Positions 27,084 to 36,347 of a DNA stretch of 44,367 nucleotides are shown here, one piece after another (positions within the stretch are counted from its first letter, which is position 1; the number at the start of each line of letters is the position of its first letter). This DNA comes from Gemmatimonadota bacterium. GTDB lineage: Bacteria; Gemmatimonadota; Gemmatimonadetes; Longimicrobiales; RSA9. Made by a program: the position numbers and the translations under genes. The stretch is from the NCBI GenBank assembly GCA_019347975.1, contig JAHWKI010000001.1, positions 1-44,367 of the forward strand, given 5' to 3'. The notes beneath the pieces were generated by a model, which saw only the letters and a list, made by a program, of their open reading frames with translations, was not told the origin of the DNA and ran no database searches.

Positions 27084-29323
27084 CAGGGAACGCCGGCGCC
27101 GGCGCGCTCCGGAGTGCCCTCGGCCTGCGGCTCCTCCCGAGCGGGCGGGTAGTCGATGCGCTGGTGGTACATGCCGCTGAGCACGCTGGCGAACTGCTCC
27201 TTGATCAGCGTGAGCTCGCGGAGGGTGAGCGGAGCCTCGTCGAGCTGCCCCTGCTCGATCTTTCCGCGGACGATCCGGTCCACCAGCTCCCGGATCGCTT
27301 CCGGGCTGGGGTCCGGGAGCACTCGGGCGGCGGACTCCACCGAGTCGGCCACCATGAGGATCGCGGTCTCCTTCGACTGGGGCCGGGGCCCGGGATAGCT
27401 GAAGTCGCGGATGTCGAGCGCGGCGTCGGGCTCCGCCTCCCTGGCCTGATCGTAGAAGAAGCTGATCGGCTGGGTGCCGTGGTGCTCGTTGATGAACGCC
27501 TTCACCTGGTCCGGGAGCTTGTGCTCTTCCGCGAGCTTCAGCCCCTCGATCACGTGGTTGCGGATCTGCGCGGCCGAGGTGGCGGGCTTCAGCCTGTCGT
27601 GCGGATTCCGACCGCCGTGCTGGTTCTCGATGTAGAGGTGAGGCCGGAGCATCTTGCCGACATCGTGATAGTACACCCCCACCCGCGTGAGCAGCGCGTT
27701 GGCGCCGATCGCGCTGGCCGCGGCCTCCGCGAGGTTGGCCACGTTGACCGAATGGGCGTACGTCCCCGGGGCCTCCATGGAGAGGCGTCGCAGGAGCGGG
27801 CGGTTGACGTCCGCCAGCTCCAGCAGGGACTGGTCGGTGGTTATGCGCGTGAAGCCCTCGAACACGGGGAGGAACCCCATGGCCACGAAGGCGCTCCCCA
27901 CCGCGCTCACCGCGCCCCAGCCGGCGGCCAGGAGCACCTCCTCGAAGGACCAGGCCCGGAGGAGCCCGAGCACCACCGCCACCAGCACGTAGCCGGCGGC
28001 GATCAGGCCTATGAAGCTCCAGATCTGCGCGCGGCGACGGACCACGCGCACGCTCAGCGAGGCCACGGCCCCGCCGACCGCGAGCGTGAGGAGCGTGGTG
28101 ACCCCGGTGAGCTCCGCCTGCCCGGTCAGCATGACGGCCAGGATCAGGGACATGGTCAGGGCCAGGCGGCCGTCCCACAGGGTGGCCACCACCAACGCGG
28201 GAAACGCGATGGGGATCAGCGCGGCCGGCGCGTCGTACGTGGCGATCAACGCCGCCGTGGCCACGACGGCCAGCACCAGGCCGCCGAACAGGACCACGTG
28301 GCGGAAGTCCTCGTAAACGGTCGGCCGATAGAAATAGAGCAGCGCGCCGATCAGCGAGAGCGTGATGAGATTGAACAGGAGCGCCCCGGCGGTGCGGGCC
28401 CCGCGCTGCCCCCGGTCGAGTGCACCGAGTCGCTCGAGCTCGGCCTGGTAGGCCTTGAGACGCTCGACCTGCTCCTCCGTCACCCGGTCTCCCGCGGCCA
28501 CGATCCGCTCACCGCGGAGCACATCTCCCTTGCTGGGGCTCACGGCGCCACGGGCGCGCTCCCGGGCCTGCTCGGTGGCGTTCCAGTCGGGGCGGATGCT
28601 GGGGACGAGGAACCGCACGAGGAGCAGCCGCTGGAGCTGCTCGTAACCCGGCCTCGTCACGCTCGGAAGATGGAAGCGGGAGCGGTCGAAGAAGTCGACG
28701 GAGGTGAGGAGCGAGTCCGGCTCGACGACGCGCTCGCGCCCCATCCCCCGCAGCCGCACCCCCTGTGATCCGGCCTCTTCCAGCTCCCCCGCGACCGCGA
28801 TCCCGCGGGGCAGCTCCTCCAGGATCGTCCGCCGCACGGTGGCCCGGAGCCGCCGCCGCTGACTCTCATCCTCGAGGATCTCGACGTCTTCAGCCGACGG
28901 CGGGATCCCGTAGGCGCTCAGCAGATCACGGAGGCGCCGGCGCACCACCGATCTGGCCCCCGTCGACTCGGCCACGCTGTCGGCGCGGACGAAGAACCGG
29001 TCCACCTGCGCCATCATCGAGTCGACGGCCGTGGAGTCGTAAACGAAGATCGGGTTGATGCTGGCGGCGGCGTCCTGCTGGGCGCGGGCCAGCTCCGACT
29101 GCGAGCGGTAGATCGGGTAGGAGACGCCGGCGACGACGTCCTCCCCGGCTACCATCCCGCGCTCCATGAACGGGAAGTCGGGGAGCGGCGCGACCGGAAA
29201 CATGAGCGTGGCGCCGAGCGCCAGGATCAGCAGCAGGGCCGCCCGGGCACCGTGATGCAGCCACGCGTCCCGGGTACCCCCGGGCGGACTGCTGAGAATG
29301 CGGAAGAACTCGCGTGCCGTCAT
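27083..29323 (-). CDS. 7TM-receptor-type HD phosphohydrolase (YqfF/PgpH-like)
   Basis: 746 aa. Extracellular N-domain, 7-TM block, and a C-terminal HD domain with ...GVYYHDVGKMLRP.... The classic phoH-ybeY neighbourhood. Confidence 0.85.
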   Translation of the reverse strand: MTAREFFRILSSPPGGTRDAWLHHGARAALLLILALGATLMFPVAPLPDFPFMERGMVAGEDVVAGVSYPIYRSQSELARAQQDAAASINPIFVYDSTAVDSMMAQVDRFFVRADSVAESTGARSVVRRRLRDLLSAYGIPPSAEDVEILEDESQRRRLRATVRRTILEELPRGIAVAGELEEAGSQGVRLRGMGRERVVEPDSLLTSVDFFDRSRFHLPSVTRPGYEQLQRLLLVRFLVPSIRPDWNATEQARERARGAVSPSKGDVLRGERIVAAGDRVTEEQVERLKAYQAELERLGALDRGQRGARTAGALLFNLITLSLIGALLYFYRPTVYEDFRHVVLFGGLVLAVVATAALIATYDAPAALIPIAFPALVVATLWDGRLALTMSLILAVMLTGQAELTGVTTLLTLAVGGAVASLSVRVVRRRAQIWSFIGLIAAGYVLVAVVLGLLRAWSFEEVLLAAGWGAVSAVGSAFVAMGFLPVFEGFTRITTDQSLLELADVNRPLLRRLSMEAPGTYAHSVNVANLAEAAASAIGANALLTRVGVYYHDVGKMLRPHLYIENQHGGRNPHDRLKPATSAAQIRNHVIEGLKLAEEHKLPDQVKAFINEHHGTQPISFFYDQAREAEPDAALDIRDFSYPGPRPQSKETAILMVADSVESAARVLPDPSPEAIRELVDRIVRGKIEQGQLDEAPLTLRELTLIKEQFASVLSGMYHQRIDYPPAREEPQAEGTPERAGAGVP

Positions 29324-29337
29324 CGCTCGCTCCCCGG

Positions 29338-30381
29338 TCAGGCCTGCCGGCCGATCGCCGGCTTGTCGTCTCGCGCGCGCTCGACATCCGCGGCGGCGTA
29401 GGCGTCGATGATGTCCTTGACGAGCCGGTGGCGGACCACGTCCGCGGGCTCGAGGTATACGAAGCTGATCCCCTCGATGCCGCGGAGGATCGCCTCCACC
29501 TCGAGGAGCCCGGAGTCGGACGGTCGAACCAGGTCGATCTGCGTCTTGTCCCCCGTGATCACCGTCCGGGAGTTCAGCCCGAGACGCGTCAGGAACATCT
29601 TCATCTGGGACGTCGTCGCGTTCTGGGCTTCGTCCAGGATCACGAAGGCGTCCGCAAGCGTCCGGCCGCGCATGTAGGCGAGGGGCGCGATCTCGATGGT
29701 GCGGCTTTCCAGCGCGCGGCGGATGCGGTCGTGGGGGAGCATGTCCTCCAGCGCATCGTAGAGCGGCCGGAGGTATGGGTCCACCTTCTCCTGGAGATCA
29801 CCCGGGAGGAACCCCAGCGATTCGCCGGCCTCGACCGCGGGGCGGGCCAGGATGATCCGCTTGACCCGGTTCTTCAGGAGCGCGTCCACGGCCATGGCCA
29901 CCGCCAGGTACGTCTTGCCCGTCCCCGCCGGCCCGATGGCGATGACGATGTCGTTCCTGGCGATCTCCTCCAGGTACCCGGCCTGCCCTTCCGAGCGCGG
30001 CGAGATGACCTTCCGGAGCCCAGGCAGCAGGATCCGGAGGTCGTCGCGCTTCCCCTCCCCGGCCACGCCGGCGACCTGACCCTGCGTCCCGTTCGGGCCC
30101 TTCTTCGCGCCCGCCGCCTCGACCAGCCGCGCCACGTCGGCCACGCCGAAGGGCGTCTGGAGCCGGGCCATGTCCAGCAGCTGCTGGGCGACGGGGATCG
30201 CCCGCTCCACGTCGCCCAGCTCACCGGAGAGGATGAGGTAGTCGCCCCTCAGGATCACGCGACAGCCCGTCTGGCGCGCCAGCTCCTGGAGGTTCTGGTC
30301 GTTCACCCCTGCCAGCAGCAGGTAGTCGGCCCCCTCCGACGGGAGACGGTGCTGGACGATCGTGTTCTCGGTCTCGGGCAT
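29338..30381 (-). CDS. phoH: PhoH family ATPase
   Basis: AIGPAGTGKTYLAVA Walker A and VILDEAQN Walker B. The ATG at 30381 (MPETENTIVQ) is preferred over the track start at 30471. Confidence 0.9.
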   Translation of the reverse strand: MPETENTIVQHRLPSEGADYLLLAGVNDQNLQELARQTGCRVILRGDYLILSGELGDVERAIPVAQQLLDMARLQTPFGVADVARLVEAAGAKKGPNGTQGQVAGVAGEGKRDDLRILLPGLRKVISPRSEGQAGYLEEIARNDIVIAIGPAGTGKTYLAVAMAVDALLKNRVKRIILARPAVEAGESLGFLPGDLQEKVDPYLRPLYDALEDMLPHDRIRRALESRTIEIAPLAYMRGRTLADAFVILDEAQNATTSQMKMFLTRLGLNSRTVITGDKTQIDLVRPSDSGLLEVEAILRGIEGISFVYLEPADVVRHRLVKDIIDAYAAADVERARDDKPAIGRQA

Positions 30382-30508
30382 CAGGTCCAGGTTCAAATGG
30401 AAGTCGGAATCCCAAGGGTACCCCCGGAATGGTCTACCCGTTTCGCCACACACGCAATACGCGCGCACCACGACCGGGGGGGTCCCGCCCGCCGGCGCGC
30501 GCCCGGCG

Positions 30509-32398
30509 TCACCGTTTGCGGATGTGGAGATCCTTCAGCTCGTCGTCACCGATCGACGCGGGTGCGCCCTCGAACAGCGCCCGCGCGGCCGTCGTCTTCG
30601 GAAAGGCGATCACGTCCCGCAGGCTGGCCGCACCGGTCAGCAGCATCACCAGGCGGTCGAAGCCGAACGCGAAGCCGCCGTGAGGCGGCACGCCGTAGCG
30701 GAAGGCGTCGAGGAGGAACCCGAACTTCCGCTCGGCCTCTTCCTGCCCGATCCCCAGCGCCCGGAACAGGGTGCGCTGGAGCCGGGCGTCGTGGATGCGG
30801 ATCGAGCCGCTGGCCATCTCGTGGCCATTGTACACGGCGTCGTAGGCGCGGGAGCGGAGGCGCGCGTCGAACAGAGCCCTGGCCCCCTCGCCGGCGACCG
30901 TCTCGGAGGCGTGCTCCAGGAGGACGGGCACATCCTCGGGGTGGGGCGCGGTGAACGGGTGGTGAGCGGCCACGAGCCGGTCGGCCTCCGCGTCCCAGTC
31001 GAAGAGGGGGAACTCGGTGATCCACGCCCATGCATGCTTCGACGCGTCCCGGAGACCGAGCCGGTCGCCCAGGTGGCGACGCAGCGCGTCGAGCGCGGCT
31101 TCCGCGCCGCCGAGCCGGTCCGCGTCGGTGGCGCCACCATGGCTCTCCCGGACGGTCGTCGTTCGGCGGAACCGCCCGATCACGACGACGATGACGTCGC
31201 CGACTTCCAGCGCCGCGGCCTCCACCAGGCGCCGGCCGAGCTCGTCGTCCAGCGCCCTGGCGAACTGGCCGGACCAGCCGTCCGACGTCCGCTTCACCCA
31301 GAGGCAGCCGGGAACGCCCGCGGCCTGGGCGACCGGGTTCAGCGCGTCCAGGTCCTTGCGGGACAACACGTCCGCGGCCCCCTTCGCCACCACGCCCTTG
31401 ATCTGCTCGCCCGACTCCCTGACGGCCGAGAAGAGGCGGAAATCGGCGTGCTGGAGCGTTTCGGTCAGGTCCACGAACTCCATCCCGAACCGCAGATCCG
31501 GCTTGTCCGTGCCGTACCAGGCCAGGGCCTCGGCGTACGTGAGGCGCGGGAACGGCGTGGGCAGGTCCACGCCCAGCACCTCCTTCCACAGCGCCGCCAT
31601 CATTTCCTCGCCGACGGTGAAGACGTCCTCCTCGGCGACGAAGGACATCTCGGCGTCGATCTGCGTGAACTCCGGCTGACGGTCCGCGCGCAGGTCCTCG
31701 TCCCTCAGGCACTTCGCGATCTGGAAGTACCGGTCGTAGCCGGAGACCATCAGGAGCTGCTTGTAGAGCTGGGGCGACTGCGGCAGCGCGTAGAACTCGC
31801 CCGGGTGGACGCGGCTCGGCACCAGGTAGTCCCGGGCGCCCTCCGGGGTGCGCCGCGTCAGCATCGGCGTATCCACCTCCCAGAAGCCGCGGTCGGTGAG
31901 GTGCCGGCGAACGGTCTGGAGGGCACGGTGCCGGGTCTCGAGCGCCCGCTGGAGCGGGGTACGACGCAGGTCGAGGTAGCGGTACCGCAGGCGCAGCTCC
32001 TCCGCCGGGAGCTCCTCCCCCGGCACCTGGTAGACCGGGATCGGCGGTGTCTCGGCCGCAGCGAGCAGCTCCAGCGAACCCACGTGGACCTCCACCTCGC
32101 CCGTGGGCAGCTCCTCGTTCCGCGCGCCGTCCGGCCTCCGCCGGACCACACCCTCCACCGCGATCACGCTCTCCATCCCGAGCGCGGCGCCTCGCTCGAG
32201 CGCATCCGCCGGAGTCCAGTCGGGGCCGAGGGAGAGCTGCACGAGCCCCGACCGGTCCCGCAGGTCGATGAAGAGCACGCCGCCCAGGTCCCGGCTGCGA
32301 TGGACCCAGCCGGCGAGCCGGATGGTCTCGCCGGCGTCGTCCGCTCGCAAGGTTCCCGCGGCCGTCGTACGGTACGCCGTGCCCAGCTCCTGACTCAT
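30509..32398 (-). CDS. aspS: Aspartate--tRNA ligase
   Basis: 629 aa; ...RLAGWVHRSRDLGGVLFIDLRDRSG..., ...FQIAKCLRDEDLRADRQPEFTQID..., ...GGFAFGFDRLVMLL.... Confidence 0.92.
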   Translation of the reverse strand: MSQELGTAYRTTAAGTLRADDAGETIRLAGWVHRSRDLGGVLFIDLRDRSGLVQLSLGPDWTPADALERGAALGMESVIAVEGVVRRRPDGARNEELPTGEVEVHVGSLELLAAAETPPIPVYQVPGEELPAEELRLRYRYLDLRRTPLQRALETRHRALQTVRRHLTDRGFWEVDTPMLTRRTPEGARDYLVPSRVHPGEFYALPQSPQLYKQLLMVSGYDRYFQIAKCLRDEDLRADRQPEFTQIDAEMSFVAEEDVFTVGEEMMAALWKEVLGVDLPTPFPRLTYAEALAWYGTDKPDLRFGMEFVDLTETLQHADFRLFSAVRESGEQIKGVVAKGAADVLSRKDLDALNPVAQAAGVPGCLWVKRTSDGWSGQFARALDDELGRRLVEAAALEVGDVIVVVIGRFRRTTTVRESHGGATDADRLGGAEAALDALRRHLGDRLGLRDASKHAWAWITEFPLFDWDAEADRLVAAHHPFTAPHPEDVPVLLEHASETVAGEGARALFDARLRSRAYDAVYNGHEMASGSIRIHDARLQRTLFRALGIGQEEAERKFGFLLDAFRYGVPPHGGFAFGFDRLVMLLTGAASLRDVIAFPKTTAARALFEGAPASIGDDELKDLHIRKR

Positions 32399-32754
32399 GT
32401 CGCTCCAGCGCTCCTTCGAAGGAAACCTCGCGCGACGAGGAAGAACGCCAGCGCGCCGAGGACATCCGCCACCCAGTCCATGGGATCCCCGGACCGGTGT
32501 GGAATCCGGGCCTGTCGCAGCTCATCGGTAGCGGCGACGACGGCGACGAACGTCAGGCCGGGCCACCCCCACCCGCGACCGCTCCACCGACCGGCCGCGG
32601 CGGCCAGCGCACCGCCGAGCCCGTAGGCGAGGAAGTGGGCGACCTTGTCCCAGCCGGCGGGGAGGTCCACACCGCGCACGTCGGAGCCGCCGACCAGGAG
32701 CACCCCGGCCGCCCAGAGGGCGAGCGGGAGGTAGGCGAAGACGAGGCGCATCAC
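32395..32754 (-). CDS. VanZ-like family membrane protein
   Basis: 119 aa. ...DKVAHFLAYG... and ...DPMDWVADVLGA... are VanZ-like. Has 4-nt overlaps with both neighbours. Confidence 0.6.
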   Translation of the reverse strand: MMRLVFAYLPLALWAAGVLLVGGSDVRGVDLPAGWDKVAHFLAYGLGGALAAAAGRWSGRGWGWPGLTFVAVVAATDELRQARIPHRSGDPMDWVADVLGALAFFLVARGFLRRSAGAT

Positions 32755-33221
32755 GCGCGCTCGGCCTCCTGGAGCACGCGGATGAACTCCCCGGCGTCCC
32801 CGGCATCCATCAGACGCTGCCGCATCTCCTGCTGCCGGACGATACGCGAGATCCGGCTCAACGCCTTGATGTGGGCGCCGGCGGCGGTCTCGGGCCCCAC
32901 GAGAAGGAAGATGATGCGCACGGGCTCGCCGTCGAGCGCGTCGAAGTCGATCGGATCGCGGGTCACGCCGGCGGCGATGGCGAGGCCGGAGCAGGCGGGG
33001 GTCTTCCCGTGAGGGATGGCCACGCCGCTGCCGATGCCGGTAGAGAGGATGGCCTCCCGCTCACGGACGACGCGGAGGACCTCGGCGGGATCCTCCGCGC
33101 AGCCGTCTCCGACAAGGAGGCCGACCAGCTCCTCCAGGAGATCATCCTTCGTGGAGGCGGACAGGGGGACCTTCACCCGCGCCGCCGAGAGCAGATCCGA
33201 AAGCAGGACCACCGCTTGCAC
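32751..33221 (-). CDS. ptsN: PTS EIIA-type-2 domain protein (nitrogen regulatory EIIA-Ntr, PtsN-like)
   Basis: 156 aa; ...STGIGSGVAIPHGK... with the phospho-His. GTG start. Confidence 0.8.
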   Translation of the reverse strand: MQAVVLLSDLLSAARVKVPLSASTKDDLLEELVGLLVGDGCAEDPAEVLRVVREREAILSTGIGSGVAIPHGKTPACSGLAIAAGVTRDPIDFDALDGEPVRIIFLLVGPETAAGAHIKALSRISRIVRQQEMRQRLMDAGDAGEFIRVLQEAERA

Positions 33222-33269
33222 CAGAGTCTTCTACCGTGCGAACAATCGGCGCTAAGTTAACCCCGGCCC

Positions 33270-34367
33270 ATGACACGGACAACAGAACGTATCGACCTGC
33301 TCGGGCTCGTCCCGGACGACGCGCGCGCCGCCCTCGAAGGCCACTTCGCGGGCCGGGGCGTGGCCTCCTATCGTGCGCGCCAGACGCTGGAGCGACTCTA
33401 CGCGGGGCTCGCGGCCTCCTTCGAGGAGATGACGGAGCTCCCCGTGGCGGAGCGCGAGGCGCTGACCGTCGCGTTCGATCTGAAGACGCCCGGGGTCGCC
33501 CGGGTGCAGGTTTCCGCCGATGGCACCACGAAGCACCTCTGGCGGATGGAGGACGGGGAGCTGGTGGAGTCGGTCCTGATCCCCAGCGGGGACCGTCTCA
33601 CGCTCTGCATCTCGAGTCAGGCGGGGTGCGCGATGGCGTGCGTGTTCTGCGCCACCGGGTGGTCGGGCTACCGGCGCAACCTCACGGCGGGCGAGATCGT
33701 GGCGCAGTACCGTGGTGCGCGACAGTGGGCCGGAGAGAACGGCCGCGGGGCCATCACGAACATCGTGTACATGGGGATGGGCGAGCCCCTGATGAACCGC
33801 GGCCCCGTGATGGACTCCTTGACGATCCTGAACCGGGCCTACCGCGTGGGCGCCCGCCGCATCACCGTGTCGACGGTGGGGATCGTCCCGGGGATCCGGG
33901 AGCTGGCCGCCCGTGAGGAGCAGTTCCGCCTAGCCGTGTCCCTCCACGCGCCCAACCACGAGCTGCGCCGGAAGATCGTCCCCGTGGAGAAGAAGTACCC
34001 GCTCCCGGAGCTGGTGGAGTCGCTGAGGGCGTTCGATGCGGCCGGAGGACGGCGGATTACGTTCGAGTACGTCATGATCGACGGGATCAACGACGCGCCG
34101 GAGCTCGCGGACCAGCTCGCGGAGATCGCCCGGGAGTTTCGCGCCCACGTGAACCTGATCCCGTTCAATCCCGTGCCCGGCACGGGGTGGGAGCCGTCGT
34201 CGCCACGGGCGCTGCGGCTGTTCGCCGGGCGGCTCGACGCGGCGGGAGTGAACGCCACGGTGCGCGAGCCGCGGGGTCAGGACATCGCGGCTGCGTGTGG
34301 GCAGCTGGCCGCCGAGCACGAGATGACGCCCCCCAGGCCCTTCATCGAGCTGACCGCGGGCCGCTGA
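33270..34367 (+). CDS. rlmN: 23S rRNA/tRNA (adenine-C2)-methyltransferase RlmN (radical SAM)
   Basis: 365 aa; CISSQAGCAMACVFCATG (CxxxCxxC) and ...NIVYMGMGEPL.... Confidence 0.92.
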   Translation: MTRTTERIDLLGLVPDDARAALEGHFAGRGVASYRARQTLERLYAGLAASFEEMTELPVAEREALTVAFDLKTPGVARVQVSADGTTKHLWRMEDGELVESVLIPSGDRLTLCISSQAGCAMACVFCATGWSGYRRNLTAGEIVAQYRGARQWAGENGRGAITNIVYMGMGEPLMNRGPVMDSLTILNRAYRVGARRITVSTVGIVPGIRELAAREEQFRLAVSLHAPNHELRRKIVPVEKKYPLPELVESLRAFDAAGGRRITFEYVMIDGINDAPELADQLAEIAREFRAHVNLIPFNPVPGTGWEPSSPRALRLFAGRLDAAGVNATVREPRGQDIAAACGQLAAEHEMTPPRPFIELTAGR

Positions 34368-34382
34368 GGGCTCGCGGCGGAG

Positions 34383-34895
34383 TCAGGGTCCGCGCCCCCG
34401 GATCAGGGGCCACTCCTCGACCAGACGATCCAGGGTCGCGGGCCAGTCTCCCCGCGCCTCGTAGGTGAGGCGATGGAAGCCACGGAGGCAGGCGAGGGTG
34501 GAGAGGCTGATCAGCGCATCGGCACGGACGATCGCGCCGTAGGCCTCCGAGGGCGTGAGGTGCTCCTGGAACAGCTCCCAGATGCTCCGTCGCAACAGCA
34601 TGTACTCCGTGTAGAGGTAGCTCTCCTGGAACCCCTGCTCCTGCCGATCGCTGCCGTGTTGAGCCGACTCGCCGGTGAGCGCGCGGGCGAGGTCCCGGTC
34701 CACCCGTGGCGCGAAGGTCGCCCGTGCGAGGGCGCGCAGCACGGCCGGGAGGTGATCGAAGTCCATGTTCGAAGGGAGCGAGAGCCAGACCTCGTTCTGG
34801 CCGATCTCCCGCCACTCCTCGATGATGCCCGCCGCGAGCTTCTCGGCGTTCTCCTCCATCAGCGCCGGGAGCTCCTCCACGCCGGCGGTGCTCAC
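34383..34895 (-). CDS. Stand-alone RsbRD_N-like sensory domain protein
   Basis: 170 aa from a GTG overlapping the pspC stop (GTGA). ...DHLPAVLRALA...HGSDRQEQGFQESYLYTEYMLLRRSIWE... resembles the RsbRD N-terminal domain. The track ORF's upstream 160 codons are rejected. Confidence 0.5.
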   Translation of the reverse strand: MSTAGVEELPALMEENAEKLAAGIIEEWREIGQNEVWLSLPSNMDFDHLPAVLRALARATFAPRVDRDLARALTGESAQHGSDRQEQGFQESYLYTEYMLLRRSIWELFQEHLTPSEAYGAIVRADALISLSTLACLRGFHRLTYEARGDWPATLDRLVEEWPLIRGRGP

Positions 34896-35107
34896 AAATC
34901 CGGCCGCGTGCGAGGCGCCTCGGGCATGAGAAACCAGAGGATGATGTACGCCAGTGTGCCGGGGAATCCGGCGGAGAGCACGGAGACCACGACGTAGGAG
35001 ACCCGCACGATGGTCACATCCCAGCCGAGCCACTCCGCGAGCCCGCCGCAGACGCCGGCGATCATGCGCTGGTTCCGCGAGCGCATCAGCTTTCGACCTT
35101 CCGCCAT
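34892..35107 (-). CDS. PspC domain-containing membrane protein
   Basis: 71 aa; RSRNQRMIAGVCGGLAEWLGWDVTIVRVSYVV is the canonical PspC domain. GGGAGG Shine-Dalgarno upstream. Confidence 0.78.
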   Translation of the reverse strand: MAEGRKLMRSRNQRMIAGVCGGLAEWLGWDVTIVRVSYVVVSVLSAGFPGTLAYIILWFLMPEAPRTRPDL

Positions 35108-35133
35108 GGTAACCTCCCGCTGTGTATCCGTGA

Positions 35134-35160
35134 CCTGCGCGCCGACGGTCGGCGCGCAGG
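35134..35160 (-). terminator. Perfect 12-bp-stem / 3-nt-loop GC hairpin (cctgcgcgccga-cgg-tcggcgcgcagg) between the CpxP-like gene and pspC. Terminator/attenuator-like, with no U-tract.
   Basis: Inverted repeat read directly. Confidence 0.45.
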
Positions 35161-35187
35161 ATCAGGGCCGCGGCCGCGCGACGGCGC

Positions 35188-35751
35188 CTAGTGTCCTGGA
35201 TGCCCGCTGTGCTCCGCCTGGGCGGCGGCGCCATCCGCCGACCTCGTGCCGTAGCCTCGGACGTCCCGGTACCGCATCCGCTGGTGCTCCGTGAGCAGTG
35301 GCGCGGTCTGCAGGTGGGCCTGCAGGTGCGCGTTTCGCAGCCGGCCGCGGAGGGTGCCCAGGGCAACCGTCCGCTCCGCGACATCGGTCCGCGTCGCCGC
35401 CCCGCTGCCGAAGAGCCGGTCCAGCTCCCGCTCTCCCTCGACGATGGCGCTTCCGAGCCGGACCGCCTCGGTGTTCATCGCCTCGAAGATGGCCTGGACG
35501 CGGACGCGCTGGTCGCTGTCCAGCTCCAGCGCCTCGGCGGCGTCCAGGACGTGGCGGGGGCCAGGGAGCCCGTTCAGCTCCGCCGCGAGGGCGAACCCCA
35601 TGCCTTCACCCGCGAGCAGGCCGGACACCTCCGCCTCGTCGAGCGCCTTGATGGCCCGGCTCTCCTCGCCCGCGTAGGGGGAAGGGGCGGCGCTCCCGCC
35701 GCACCCGATGGCGGCCACGGCCAGAATGGCCGCTCCGACGACGGTTCTCAT
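35188..35751 (-). CDS. Periplasmic Spy/CpxP/ZraP-like (LTXXQ-motif) lipoprotein with a His-rich C-terminus
   Basis: 187 aa. Signal + AAIGC lipobox-like, helical, LTEHQ (LTXXQ), C-terminal EHSGHPGH. Confidence 0.55.
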   Translation of the reverse strand: MRTVVGAAILAVAAIGCGGSAAPSPYAGEESRAIKALDEAEVSGLLAGEGMGFALAAELNGLPGPRHVLDAAEALELDSDQRVRVQAIFEAMNTEAVRLGSAIVEGERELDRLFGSGAATRTDVAERTVALGTLRGRLRNAHLQAHLQTAPLLTEHQRMRYRDVRGYGTRSADGAAAQAEHSGHPGH

Positions 35752-35810
35752 CCCGGCAAGATACCGAGCGTGAGCGGGGCTGTCACCGTGGACGCGAGGC
35801 GGGGCGGAGC

Positions 35811-36347
35811 TCAGCCCACGCCCGCAGCGGCCAGGACGCGGCGGACGAAGGCGGACTTCCCCTCGAGGTACGCCGGACGATCCAGCGGATGGCGGCGCGC
35901 CAGCTCGAGCTTCAAAGCGGCGTACTCACTCGCCAGCACCGGGTCCCTGCGGAGCGCGTCCCGGAAGAGCAGCGTCACCCGGTGGTGCCGGGAGCCGGGC
36001 TCCGCGAGCGACAGGTGGTGCGTCCGCGCGGTCCCCCGTCGGCGGCGGAAGTAGAGACGATCGGGGATCTCCTCGTCCGGGCGAAACTCGTAGCCGAGAC
36101 GGGTCAGCGCGGGCACGAGCGCTCGCGCTGTCTGGAAGTCCGGGACCGCGGCGAGGAGATCCAGGATCGGCTTCGCGGGCAGTCCCGGTACGGCGGTGCT
36201 GCCCACGTGATGGACGGCCAGGATCTGCCCGCCGAGCGCCTGACGGAGCTCCCGGGCGGCGGCGCGGAAGAGAGCGGCCCAGCGCTCATCGTGAGGGACC
36301 AGGACCACGGTCCCGGACTCCAGCCCCAGCGCGTGTGGCTCAGCCAT
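35811..36347 (-). CDS. GrpB family protein (UPF0157)
   Basis: 178 aa from the ATG at 36347; ...VHHVGSTAVPGLPAKPILDL..., ...HHLSLAEPGS..HHRVTLLFRDALR.... Confidence 0.8.
   Translation of the reverse strand: MAEPHALGLESGTVVLVPHDERWAALFRAAARELRQALGGQILAVHHVGSTAVPGLPAKPILDLLAAVPDFQTARALVPALTRLGYEFRPDEEIPDRLYFRRRRGTARTHHLSLAEPGSRHHRVTLLFRDALRRDPVLASEYAALKLELARRHPLDRPAYLEGKSAFVRRVLAAAGVG

Noticed and set aside
25976-28178. Upstream extensions of the mgtE ORF (to 26764) and of the ybeY ORF (to 28178)
   Set aside because: The extensions overlap the DUF502 and 7TM-HD genes, and their sequences are low-complexity Arg/Pro/Gly. The recognisable MgtE and YbeY domains start at 25975 and 27083 respectively.
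30472-30508. GC palindrome ggcgcgcgcc just downstream of the aspS stop, as a possible terminator
   Set aside because: The stem is short with alternating GC and no U-tract. This is indistinguishable from chance in such GC-rich DNA.
30362-32626. 754-aa plus-strand and 659-aa minus-strand alternative ORFs across aspS
   Set aside because: The aspS frame (30509..32398) has class II aaRS motifs. The others are off-frame or antisense, with Arg/Gly/Pro bias.
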